DNA from: Methanobacteriota archaeon
GTDB lineage: Archaea; Thermoplasmatota; Poseidoniia; Poseidoniales; Poseidoniaceae
Reading direction: 5' to 3'
Assembly (NCBI GenBank): GCA_002689345.1
Contig: NZFU01000002.1
Coordinates: forward strand, 8,438-72,437
Length of the DNA: 64,000 nt
Shown here in pieces: positions 1 to 9,116 of the stretch (positions are counted from its first letter, which is position 1; each line of letters starts with the position of its first letter). The notes beneath the pieces are model-generated. The model did not search any database and was not told where the DNA came from. It saw nothing but the letters and a program-made list of their open reading frames with translations. The position numbers and the translations under genes were made by a program.

Positions 1-1399
1 CGTCATCATCTTCATCGGAATCGTCGTCTTCATCGGAATCGTCGTCATCGGAGTCATCGTCATCTTCATCGGAATCGTCATCTTCTTCATCATCAGATTT
101 ACCAGACTTCTTTTTCACTCTCTCTCGTAGAGATGGAGCATAACTTAGGTGTAAATATGCAATAATTGCAAGTCCAATTACGCCTAGTATAATCATAACA
201 ATTCCATCGTTATAGAAACCAGCCGGCATACTTGAAGCATCATTTTCTCCACTAAACGGAGTCAATGAATTAGAACAATCATTTGCATCTATTTTCGGGT
301 CACATGGATATGTTTCCTTCATAATCAGTTCGCCACTACATGGGTCAGGAATTGTCTCAATGTCTGCTTCACATAGACTCCAAGTACCCCATTCAACATC
401 ATTGCCAGCAGCATCGGTATGTCCTTCATAGATAATGTTTCCACCAGTTCCATCAACCAATAGTCCCATGCCATTTACAACCCATAATCCAATGAATGTC
501 ACCATTAGGAAATATGCTATTGGATAGAATACATCATTTGCTTTCTTACCCATCAGCATTTTTTGCATTGGTGAAGGGAATTGCTTAATTTTTGGAATCT
601 TTCCAGGTTTAATTCCTATGCGTAAATCATCTAGTGCTTTTACTAATTCATTAGCGTCAACACGCCTATCTTCATTAGTATCTAGATAATTCAATATTGC
701 AGTTACTTCAGATGGAGACAATTTGTCCCCACCTATCTTTTCAATGCCCTTCTGCAACTCAGGGGCGTCGATCATGTTATCATCGCTACTATCCATTTCT
801 GCAAAAGCCTCTCCAGCAGTCATTCCAGATTCAGCTATGGCTAGAGCAAGGCTCTCAAATGCCATTACTGTGGCTGAATGATCCTTTTCTTCAGATTCTT
901 CTTCCTCAGAGTCATCTTCATCCGATTCTTCTTCTGCAGAGTCGTCCTCTTCTTCTGCTTCTTCTTCCTCAGAGTCATCTTCATCTGATTCTTCTTCTGC
1001 AGAGTCATCCTCTTCTTCTGCTTCATCTTCTGCTGAATCATCCTCATCATCGGCTTCTTCTTCTGCAGAGCCATCATCTTCTTCGGCTCCCTCAGAGTCA
1101 TCCTCTTCTTCAGTAGAAACTTCAATGTCGTCTTCAATAGCCTCTTCAACTACAGGAGGAGTTTCAATTTCATCAACTGAATCAACTTCTTCACTTACGA
1201 ATGAAACGCCACATTTGGAACATGATACAGAGTCTGCAGGCTGCAGTTCTCCACATGCGCCACATTCACCTAATTCCTCTTCAGAAACACCGCCAAAGCG
1301 AATATTACAATTGGAACAGGACTCACTATCAAGTGGAATGATTGCACGGCAAGCACCACACTCTGCCATCGGGATATCTTGGTTTTCTTCTTCAGACAT
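1..1399 (-). CDS. Partial CDS: the 3' end lies beyond the window start. It encodes a membrane protein with an N-terminal double zinc ribbon, a long polyacidic repeat linker, a canonical EF-hand pair, two TM helices flanking a Cys-containing loop, and a poly-Asp/Ser acidic tail. It was not in the ORF track because it has no stop in the window.
   Basis: Translating the minus strand from ATG (complement of 1397-1399) gives an open frame down to base 1 with no stop. The protein begins MSEEENQDIPMAECGACRAIIPLDSESCSNCNIRF and then ECGACGELQPADSVSCSKCGVSF, which gives two CxxC..CxxC ribbons. Next comes a run of DDSAEEESDEDDSEEEE repeats. Two 12-residue loops fit the EF-hand consensus (D at positions 1, 3 and 5, and E at position 12): DSSDDNMIDAPE and DTNEDRRVDANE. 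Hydrophobic helices are VFYPIAYFLMVTFIGLWVV and GIVMIILGVIGLAIIAYLHL. A second in-frame ATG sits at 229. The three ORF-track entries 697-1116(+), 865-1149(-) and 1125-1454(+) are wrong-frame readings of this repeat. Confidence 0.6.
   Translation of the reverse strand, partial: MSEEENQDIPMAECGACRAIIPLDSESCSNCNIRFGGVSEEELGECGACGELQPADSVSCSKCGVSFVSEEVDSVDEIETPPVVEEAIEDDIEVSTEEEDDSEGAEEDDGSAEEEADDEDDSAEDEAEEEDDSAEEESDEDDSEEEEAEEEDDSAEEESDEDDSEEEESEEKDHSATVMAFESLALAIAESGMTAGEAFAEMDSSDDNMIDAPELQKGIEKIGGDKLSPSEVTAILNYLDTNEDRRVDANELVKALDDLRIGIKPGKIPKIKQFPSPMQKMLMGKKANDVFYPIAYFLMVTFIGLWVVNGMGLLVDGTGGNIIYEGHTDAAGNDVEWGTWSLCEADIETIPDPCSGELIMKETYPCDPKIDANDCSNSLTPFSGENDASSMPAGFYNDGIVMIILGVIGLAIIAYLHLSYAPSLRERVKKKSGKSDDEEDDDSDEDDDDSDDDDSDEDDDSDEDDD
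880..1040. repeat. Tandem, roughly 66-bp in-frame duplication encoding the acidic EEAEEEDDSAEEESDEDDSEEE module
   Basis: The sequence from about 897-962 is nearly identical to 963-1028. Both copies translate to the same acidic peptide on the minus strand. Confidence 0.6.
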
Positions 1400-1495
1400 T
1401 ACTGCCACTCATGTTTCCGACCCCATTACACGATATAATGGTTCATGGACTTGAAGCGCTAGGGTCCCGTTAGACGGGGCTAAGGAGGTGTGTCG

Positions 1496-2368
1496 ATGGG
1501 AGCAATGGAATTAGGACGAATTTATACATTGAATCTGGTATCACAGGATGAAATGCTTGGATATGTTGATACCGTGTCAATGAAGGACCAAGAACATGTT
1601 TTGCTATTGTCAAGACTACCTCAGCGTAGATTATTAGAGCATGTAGATCTTGACAAAGTTGAGGCGTATTGGGTAACAACTCAAGATGTTACAGGTTCAA
1701 TACAGCCCTCATTGGAGCAAATTCACGATTTGGTAGTTTCTAGAGTGGAAAATCACACAGGAATTGCTATTATCGAGGGAATCGAATGGCTAATTTCCAT
1801 ACACGGTTTTTCCGAGGTGTTACGTATGGTGATGAAAATGAAGGATTCTTTACACAGGAAACCTTGGTCAATTCTCCTAGTGGTTGCAGAAGATATCTTT
1901 GATGAGGTTCAAATCACTAAATGGCAACGCGAAGCCCCATCTTGGAATATTCCAAAGAATGTTGAATTTGTGGAATTTGATGAGGTCGCAGAAGATACTG
2001 AAGAATTAGAACTCGAGTTAAACGAAAAGCCCCTAAACGATGATGGTTCTACCCCATTATCATTCCTCGTTAGAATTCCTAGAGAAGGATATTCAAAAGA
2101 TATTGCACGCCGTCGAATTCTACAATGGAGGCGGATGGGATTAGATGTTTCTTCTGCCGAGCCTGCACTGTTTCAAGACTCAGACGACAAGGGATTTGAA
2201 ATCTATAAATCAGTTGAGAGAAAGGTCAGAAGGGCTATCGAACTAGATAATCGTCTCGACATTCTATTAGAAAGAGGACACCGTTCTGAAGTGACAAAGA
2301 TGCGCTTCAGAGTTAGACAACTAACTGGATTTGATGATGTGGAATCACGAATTGACAAACTTATCTAG
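1496..2368 (+). CDS. Hypothetical protein with a possible DUF835-like (degenerate RecA/KaiC-like) domain
   Basis: The ORF runs 1490-2368. The first ATG is at 1496 and is preceded by AAGGAGGTG at 1483-1491. The central region (AYWVTT...GIAIIEGIEWLISIHGFSEVLRMVMKMKD...ILLVVAEDIFDE) resembles the archaeal DUF835 pattern as I recall it. This is not verifiable here. Confidence 0.4.
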   Translation: MGAMELGRIYTLNLVSQDEMLGYVDTVSMKDQEHVLLLSRLPQRRLLEHVDLDKVEAYWVTTQDVTGSIQPSLEQIHDLVVSRVENHTGIAIIEGIEWLISIHGFSEVLRMVMKMKDSLHRKPWSILLVVAEDIFDEVQITKWQREAPSWNIPKNVEFVEFDEVAEDTEELELELNEKPLNDDGSTPLSFLVRIPREGYSKDIARRRILQWRRMGLDVSSAEPALFQDSDDKGFEIYKSVERKVRRAIELDNRLDILLERGHRSEVTKMRFRVRQLTGFDDVESRIDKLI

Positions 2369-3902
2369 GTAGTCTGCCACATTCGGCCTCTATCCTAGCT
2401 AGCCAACCACCATTAGACAGTTCTGTAGCAATACTTTCGATCTCATCTGATGTCGATCTATCTCCTGATAATGGAGCAGATATCTTACGCACTAAAGTGT
2501 ATAGTGATTTGACATGGTTGGCGGGCTCTGCATTTCGATATTCGAGTGCTTCACATGCAATGATTAGTTCACATGCTAAAACCTGAGATAAGTGATTGCA
2601 AGATTGAATTAGATTCCAACAAGCAGTTGCTCCCATTGACACATGGTCTTCTTGCCCTCCGGATGTAGGTGTTGAAAACGCAGAACGTGGCATTGTTCGG
2701 CCATGCATTTCAGCCAGTGCCGCAGCAGCAACATAATGGACAATCATCATACCAGACTCAAGTCCCGAGTTGGTTGCCAAAAATGCAGGCAAATTGCTAC
2801 GAGATGGATCTACGATTTGATCAATTCTTCTTTCACTAATGTGCGCTAATTCGAAAATGGCATGCGACATTCCGTCAGCTGCAAGCGCTAAGACTTCACC
2901 ATGGAAATTGCCTTGACTTATCACTTCATCAACACCAGGATTAGACGGGTTCGGGAAAATTAATGGATTGTCTGTGGCACTGTTTATTTCAATGTCCAGC
3001 GTTGCTGACATATTCCTAAACCGCTCTAGTACTGCGCCATGTACCTGGGGGATACATCTGAATGAATATGCATCTTGTACTCTATCACAATCAGCATGCG
3101 ATGCAAGGATAGGTGATTTATCCATTATTTTTGTAATCCTTTCAGCTACTAGTGACTGACCATGATGTGGCCTAGCTTGTTGTACGCGGGGGTCCATCGG
3201 TTTGATTGAACACTCTCTGGCCTCTATCGAAACACAAGCGATCAAGTCAGCTAATGGTAATAGATTGGAAAGCATATTTTCAGCACGGGTCAAAAATGAA
3301 CACATTTGACTTGTCCCATTAATTAGAGAGAGGCCATCTTTAGCGGATAAATCAACACCGATTAATCCCTTTTCGGTTAGCATTGATGTAGTTGGTATTG
3401 GTCCATCTTCGCCCCATACTTCACCTTCTCCAATCAGTGCTAGTGCCATATGTGACAAAGGTGCTAAATCACCAGATGCTCCTAAAGAACCAATGCGAGG
3501 GACTACTGGAATAATGTCGAGATTTAGATAGGCAATGATTTGCTCAATAACAGTTCTTTGAATTCCTGAATGCCCCTTGACTAGAGAGTTGGCCCTTACG
3601 CACATCATTGCCCTTGTATCAGATATGGACATTCTTTCACCAATGGCACAGGCATGAGACCGAATTAGATTGACCTGCAATGCAGCGAGGTCCTCTGGCG
3701 AGATTGATTCACTAACAAGTGCACCAAACCCTGTGTTGATTCCATATACTGTCTTACCACTTTGGAGAATCTCGTCTACAACTTTACGAGAAGCCTCGAC
3801 CTTTAGCCATGCATCTGATGCGACTTCTACCTTTTCACCCATTGAAACCAATGAGATTTCTGTAGATGAAAGTGTATTCCCGTCTAGTTTGATACTTCCC
3901 AT
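2361..3902 (-). CDS. hutH: Histidine ammonia-lyase
   Basis: 513-aa protein. It has the MIO-forming Ala-Ser-Gly motif (GSLGASGDLAPLSH). An N-terminal GINTGFG motif is present. The length is typical for HAL. Its start ATG overlaps the hutU stop by 1 nt. Confidence 0.9.
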   Translation of the reverse strand: MGSIKLDGNTLSSTEISLVSMGEKVEVASDAWLKVEASRKVVDEILQSGKTVYGINTGFGALVSESISPEDLAALQVNLIRSHACAIGERMSISDTRAMMCVRANSLVKGHSGIQRTVIEQIIAYLNLDIIPVVPRIGSLGASGDLAPLSHMALALIGEGEVWGEDGPIPTTSMLTEKGLIGVDLSAKDGLSLINGTSQMCSFLTRAENMLSNLLPLADLIACVSIEARECSIKPMDPRVQQARPHHGQSLVAERITKIMDKSPILASHADCDRVQDAYSFRCIPQVHGAVLERFRNMSATLDIEINSATDNPLIFPNPSNPGVDEVISQGNFHGEVLALAADGMSHAIFELAHISERRIDQIVDPSRSNLPAFLATNSGLESGMMIVHYVAAAALAEMHGRTMPRSAFSTPTSGGQEDHVSMGATACWNLIQSCNHLSQVLACELIIACEALEYRNAEPANHVKSLYTLVRKISAPLSGDRSTSDEIESIATELSNGGWLARIEAECGRLPR

Positions 3903-5932
3903 TATGATTCACCACCATACACTGAGTCAATGAGGTTGTCCGTTGTGAAGTTGGGTAATGTGACCTTCAATTTCTTATTGGACTCCATGGCGCGTTTAAT
4001 TGCAAAAACCGCACCATCATTTCGAGCCCATGCTCTTCGAGAAATTCCATTATTAACGTCCCAATCCAGCATCGAAAGAAGTTTTCTTTCACTATCTTCA
4101 CTGCCGTCTATCAATAATCCAAAGCCACCGTTAATGACTTCACCCCAACCTACTCCTCCACCGTTATGTAGGCTTATCCAGGTGGCGCCTCTGAATGAAT
4201 CTCCAACGAAGTTTTGCACCGCCATATCAGCCGTAAACATTGAACCATCAGTGATATTTGCAGTTTCACGATATGGGGAATCAGTACCTGATACATCATG
4301 ATGGTCTCGACCTAATACGATGGGAGCGCTAATTATACCACTAGCAATAGCATCATTGAAGGCTTTAGCGATATTTTTTCTGCCTTCGGTATCAGCATAC
4401 AAGATTCGTGCTTGACTTCCAACAACCATTTGATTCTCTGCAGCTTGTTCAATCCATCTGATGTTATCGAGCATTTGCTGCTTAATCTCATCTGGAGAAT
4501 TGCTAGCCATCTCCTTTAGGACTTTAGCGGCAATAGCATCACTCTTGGCTAGATCAGATGGATCACAGGAAGTACATACCCACCTGAATGGTCCAAAGCC
4601 GTAATCAAAGCACATAGGCCCCATTATATCCTCAACATAACTAGGATATCTGAATCCGTCACCTTTGGCATTCATCACATCAGCTCCAGCTCTAGATGCT
4701 TCTAGTAAGAATGCATTACCATAGTCCCAGAAATAAGTCCCGTTCGAAACTAGGGAATTAACAGCAGCAGCATGTCTGCGAAGGGTTTTCTGTACTTCTA
4801 AGCGAAATTGTTCAGGATCGGATGCCATCATTTCCTTGCCTTCTTCGAATGACAAAGTAACTGGATAATATCCACCTTGCCATGGATTATGTAAACTTGT
4901 TTGGTCGGATAGTAAGTCGATTCTGACATTTCTTTCAACCATTCTTTCCAACAATTCGACAATATTTCCTATGTGGCCAATCGATATTGCTTCTCCACTA
5001 TTTTTGGCATTCAACATTCTGTCAATAGCATCATCGGTTGAATTTGCTATTACCGATAACCAACCTTGTTCATGTCTCTTAGTAGCTGCATGAGGGTTAA
5101 TTTCGCTAACAATACACGATGCCCCTGCGATTACAGCAGCCTTTGCTTGTGCACCACTCATTCCACCCAATCCAGATGTGATGAATGTAATTCCAGCAAG
5201 GTCATCCTTTGCTCCGCAAAACTTCCTAGCTGCATTTAACACTGTAATCGTCGTTCCATGGACAATGCCTTGAGGTCCGATGTACATGTAAGAGCCTGCC
5301 GTCATTTGACCATATTGACTGACGCCTAATGCATTCATTCTGTCATAATCATCTTGTGATGAATAGTTTGGAATAACCATTCCATTTGTTATTACAACCC
5401 TAGGTGCGTCTTTAGAGGAAGGAAATAACCCCAGTGGATGACCTGAATACATTACAAGAGTTTGGTCATCTTCCATTTCACATAGATATTTCATCACAAG
5501 TCTATATTGAGCCCAATTCTGGAATACTGCTCCATTACCACCGTATGTGATTAATTCATGAGGGAATTGGGCAACTTCTTTGTCTAAATTATTGTGAATC
5601 ATCAACATTATTGCAGCAGCCTGCTTAGATTTTGCTGGGTAGGAATCAATTGGATATGCCTTCATAGCATATTCTGTAGGACGATATCTCATCATCCATA
5701 TACGACCATGGGTTTCAAGTTCATCTGCAAATTCTTTTGCCAAGGATTGGTGCAAACTAGAATCAAAATATCTTAACGCATTACGTAAAGCCAATTTTTT
5801 TTCTTCGAGAGATAGAATTTGACGTCTTTTTGGTGCATGATCAACATCCTGAGAAATCCCAGGATGTTCAGGTAGAGATTTGGGTATTCCAGTGCCGACA
5901 TGTGCGCGCATAGCATCAATATCGGTTGGCAT
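3902..5932 (-). CDS. hutU: Urocanate hydratase
   Basis: 676-aa protein. Urocanase-typical blocks are present (GSYMYIGPQGIVHGT, NAD-binding GGMSGAQ). It lies directly upstream of hutH and is co-oriented with it. Confidence 0.9.
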   Translation of the reverse strand: MPTDIDAMRAHVGTGIPKSLPEHPGISQDVDHAPKRRQILSLEEKKLALRNALRYFDSSLHQSLAKEFADELETHGRIWMMRYRPTEYAMKAYPIDSYPAKSKQAAAIMLMIHNNLDKEVAQFPHELITYGGNGAVFQNWAQYRLVMKYLCEMEDDQTLVMYSGHPLGLFPSSKDAPRVVITNGMVIPNYSSQDDYDRMNALGVSQYGQMTAGSYMYIGPQGIVHGTTITVLNAARKFCGAKDDLAGITFITSGLGGMSGAQAKAAVIAGASCIVSEINPHAATKRHEQGWLSVIANSTDDAIDRMLNAKNSGEAISIGHIGNIVELLERMVERNVRIDLLSDQTSLHNPWQGGYYPVTLSFEEGKEMMASDPEQFRLEVQKTLRRHAAAVNSLVSNGTYFWDYGNAFLLEASRAGADVMNAKGDGFRYPSYVEDIMGPMCFDYGFGPFRWVCTSCDPSDLAKSDAIAAKVLKEMASNSPDEIKQQMLDNIRWIEQAAENQMVVGSQARILYADTEGRKNIAKAFNDAIASGIISAPIVLGRDHHDVSGTDSPYRETANITDGSMFTADMAVQNFVGDSFRGATWISLHNGGGVGWGEVINGGFGLLIDGSEDSERKLLSMLDWDVNNGISRRAWARNDGAVFAIKRAMESNKKLKVTLPNFTTDNLIDSVYGGES

Positions 5933-6012
5933 GTTATTGCCGAGTAGTAACCGCCTTATTGATTTTGTAATGAATCGTCATACCTATGAGAGAGCACTTG
6001 TACGCATAAAAC

Positions 6013-7881
6013 ATGGAGGAGGATGTGTATGAAGCTGAATTGGCGAGTGCTGACGATGGTAAATCAATCCTCAATGAATTAATGGGAGCAACAATCGCAG
6101 TATCGATAGCCTTCCTGATGGTAGCGATTGTATTTGGTGATGCTATTGATTCCGAATTAACAAATAATGAAGAAGAATCTGGTGTGAGAGTTCCAGTTTG
6201 GGATCGAGGTAAACTGGATTATGTCACAGACTTGGACAATGGTTTTGTAATGGAGTTTGGAGAATATGAGGTACTTGAAACTGATAATGAATGGAATTCA
6301 ACACATGTTTTCGTTGAATATGAATTACCACTGGATGAAGGCGGAGCAGCCCCTAATGGTAAGATTTCGTTAGCATATTGGCGACCTAATGTCCCAGACG
6401 GAGTCACAGTTCCAGTAATTGCAGAATTCGGACCTTACTTCCAAGAGCCTAGTGTTCAAACCCCTACTATCGAAGTGCCTGGTAGTTGGTTGGGCCAGAT
6501 GGTTATCGACCAAATATTACCTCATGGATATGCCTTTGCTCAAGTTTCAGTAACTGGTACTGGGCGCTCAAATCATTGTATGGACTTGATGGGTACTGCT
6601 GAACAATTGGGCAATGATGCTGCAGTTTCATGGCTAGGCAGCCAAGAATGGTCTAATGGAAATGTAGCTATGATTGGAAAATCATATGATGGATCAACTC
6701 CATGGCAAGCAGCAATGTTTGGCAATGAGCACCTCAAAACTATAGTTCCTATCTCTGGATTAATTGGCGTTAAGGAATTAATGTGGAAGAATGGTTCTTC
6801 TGAAGCTAGAGCTCCAATAATGCATAATGGGGTCTATGGGTCATATGGATTCGATGGTGATGAAGAGGACTACGGTAATCTATGTCCTGATTACATCATT
6901 GGACCAGGAACTGGAGTTTCAGCATGGATGTTTGGCTCTGAAGTTGCAGGCGATTACTGGGAGGAAAGATACTTCCTAGATAGAGTCATAGAAAATTATG
7001 GCGGATCTGTCTATCTCGTTCAAGGTATGCATGATTGGAATGTCGACCCCCATATGGCAGTACCCACAATCAACCGTTTGAAGGATAATGGAATAGAGGC
7101 CAAGGGACTATTCGGTCAATGGGACCATGATTATCCAGATAGGCCTATTCAACTTGATGACCGCTCGGAATTGGGCGGTAGAGGCGGTGAGGCCTTTCCA
7201 GAAATGATACGTTTTGATTGGATGCAGGATTTACTAGAATGGTTTGACTGGTATCTCAAAGGTGAAGGCAGAGCTCCTGGATTACATGTGGAAATTCAAT
7301 CAAATCAAGGTTCATGGAGAATCGAAGACCGTTATCCTGCAAGTGATACAACAGAAGTAATAATGTCTCTAGGAACTGACTTAAGCCGTATATCTGGAGG
7401 TGCTAATGTACTCCCCGATGCTTCCACTGGACCTGTCTATGAGAGTGCTCCTCTCGAATCCGACATGTACATACAGGGACTTCCTAGATTGCATGTAGAA
7501 GTATCTACTACGACTATCGGTGGGCAACTTTACGCATTGTTAGAGGATTGTGATGGTAGTAATTGTATCCATATTGGACATGCAATTATGGATTTAAGAT
7601 ACCATTCTGGTGGTGAAGAATTATCTTCTACATGGACTCCAATTGTTGGAACTATAACTGCTAAGATGGAATTCTTTGCATTAGATGCTGAGATAGCAGC
7701 AGGACATACCATCAGGGTGTCATTATTATCCACGGGTGAAGATTACCTACCTGCATCAACATCTTCGATTGTGACAATTCAAGAAGGTGAAGGTAGTACA
7801 TTGCAATTGGATACCTTTGAACCGGACGAAAAATTGTATTGGATGCCGCCAGTTTGCACTCATGCTGTTTGTACTGCCTGA
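6013..7881 (+). CDS. S15-family (CocE/NonD, X-Pro dipeptidyl-peptidase-like) serine hydrolase with an N-terminal membrane anchor
   Basis: GKSYDGSTPWQAA matches the GxSYxG nucleophile elbow of the S15 family. The N-terminal hydrophobic helix is ATIAVSIAFLMVAIVFG. The protein is 622 aa. Confidence 0.7.
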   Translation: MEEDVYEAELASADDGKSILNELMGATIAVSIAFLMVAIVFGDAIDSELTNNEEESGVRVPVWDRGKLDYVTDLDNGFVMEFGEYEVLETDNEWNSTHVFVEYELPLDEGGAAPNGKISLAYWRPNVPDGVTVPVIAEFGPYFQEPSVQTPTIEVPGSWLGQMVIDQILPHGYAFAQVSVTGTGRSNHCMDLMGTAEQLGNDAAVSWLGSQEWSNGNVAMIGKSYDGSTPWQAAMFGNEHLKTIVPISGLIGVKELMWKNGSSEARAPIMHNGVYGSYGFDGDEEDYGNLCPDYIIGPGTGVSAWMFGSEVAGDYWEERYFLDRVIENYGGSVYLVQGMHDWNVDPHMAVPTINRLKDNGIEAKGLFGQWDHDYPDRPIQLDDRSELGGRGGEAFPEMIRFDWMQDLLEWFDWYLKGEGRAPGLHVEIQSNQGSWRIEDRYPASDTTEVIMSLGTDLSRISGGANVLPDASTGPVYESAPLESDMYIQGLPRLHVEVSTTTIGGQLYALLEDCDGSNCIHIGHAIMDLRYHSGGEELSSTWTPIVGTITAKMEFFALDAEIAAGHTIRVSLLSTGEDYLPASTSSIVTIQEGEGSTLQLDTFEPDEKLYWMPPVCTHAVCTA

Positions 7882-9116
7882 TTATCCGGCCTCCACATTG
7901 TGAAAATGATTCCAAAGAATATCATTGCACATGCAAACCAAATCATTCCTAACTTTAGAGATAGGTCGGTATTGTCTAGTAGCCATCCTGCAGTGAATGT
8001 ACTAAGGCTGAACGATATTGACATGAGCAACATATCAATACTGAAAACTCTGCCACGAACTTCATCCTCTACCCATTGCTGAGTCAAAATTGTGGAAAGA
8101 ACCCAATTTGCACCACTAGCTGAGTGTGCTATAATTACTAAACCAATTGTTAGGTATAAGTTCTCAAATATTGTAATCCCAATCAACAGATAAAAGAATC
8201 CTGAAACCGATACTAGTATTCCGACTAATGCTGGCCATTTATTCTTGTCAACCAAGTATTTCCTTGCTATGATGGGACCAATGCCGGTACCAATTCCCCT
8301 GGCCATGAAAAACAGACCAATGCCTGCAGCCATCTCCCCAGGAGACATTCTTGAACCTGCAAGAACAAGAAATACAGCTGCTAATCCTCCACCCGCTAGA
8401 TTCCATGTCGTCTTAGCGAAAACAATTCTCTTCAACCTTGGTTCACTGATCAACCTTGAGAATCCTGCCTTAATATTAGCAAATGCAGTACTCAAGATCG
8501 GACCTTTCATATCATTGCTAACATTTTGTGGTACTCTTAATGGCAAGAGAATTAATGCTCCAAGTAAAAAGGTAAGTGAATCAATAATGAATGCAACATT
8601 CACGCCGTACTCCGAAACCACTAATCCACCTAGGAATGCGCCTGTTGCTAAAGCAGTGGACCATGTGGCAGCATCCAGTGCATTTGCGGTAGCCAATTCC
8701 TCTTTGGAAACAATATTTGGTAATGCTGCCCTTTCTGCCGTCATATATGCGCCGTGAAGAACCATCATGACTCCGGAGAGTCCGATTAGCCACCACATAT
8801 CTTCAGGGCCATCAACGAGCAGGAAACACAATGCTAAGCCGACCTGTAGTAAATTTGAAACTACCATTATCCATTTTCGAGACCATCTGTCAGAAAGAAG
8901 TCCAGTTATAGGTTGTAATACTGCGAATCCTAACATTCTGATTGTAAATAAGAATCCAAGCATGGCTTCTGAACCTGAATATTTCAAAATTAATGTGAAC
9001 AGAGCTATCGTATTGAACCATTCACCCATCATTGAGATTACAGCTGCAAACCAAAAAGTTCGAAACTTTTTATTGGTTTTGAGTAACTCATAATATCCTA
9101 CTTCTGACAAAATCAC
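7860..9116 (-). CDS. MFS transporter
   Basis: The protein has about 12 predicted TM helices and MFS-like loop motifs. The start was moved to GTG at 9114-9116 so that it overlaps the upstream TGA stop as GTGA. The annotated 9167 start would overlap the upstream gene by 55 nt. Confidence 0.65.
   Translation of the reverse strand: MILSEVGYYELLKTNKKFRTFWFAAVISMMGEWFNTIALFTLILKYSGSEAMLGFLFTIRMLGFAVLQPITGLLSDRWSRKWIMVVSNLLQVGLALCFLLVDGPEDMWWLIGLSGVMMVLHGAYMTAERAALPNIVSKEELATANALDAATWSTALATGAFLGGLVVSEYGVNVAFIIDSLTFLLGALILLPLRVPQNVSNDMKGPILSTAFANIKAGFSRLISEPRLKRIVFAKTTWNLAGGGLAAVFLVLAGSRMSPGEMAAGIGLFFMARGIGTGIGPIIARKYLVDKNKWPALVGILVSVSGFFYLLIGITIFENLYLTIGLVIIAHSASGANWVLSTILTQQWVEDEVRGRVFSIDMLLMSISFSLSTFTAGWLLDNTDLSLKLGMIWFACAMIFFGIIFTMWRPDNQAVQTA

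Noticed and set aside
697-1454. Three ORF-track entries, 697-1116(+), 865-1149(-) and 1125-1454(+), with poly-Leu, poly-Lys and Ser-rich translations
   Set aside because: They are wrong-frame or antisense readings of the acidic tandem repeat of the genuine minus-strand gene at 1-1399. Their compositions (LLLLL, KKKQKK) are typical artefacts of GAA/GAT-rich repeats.
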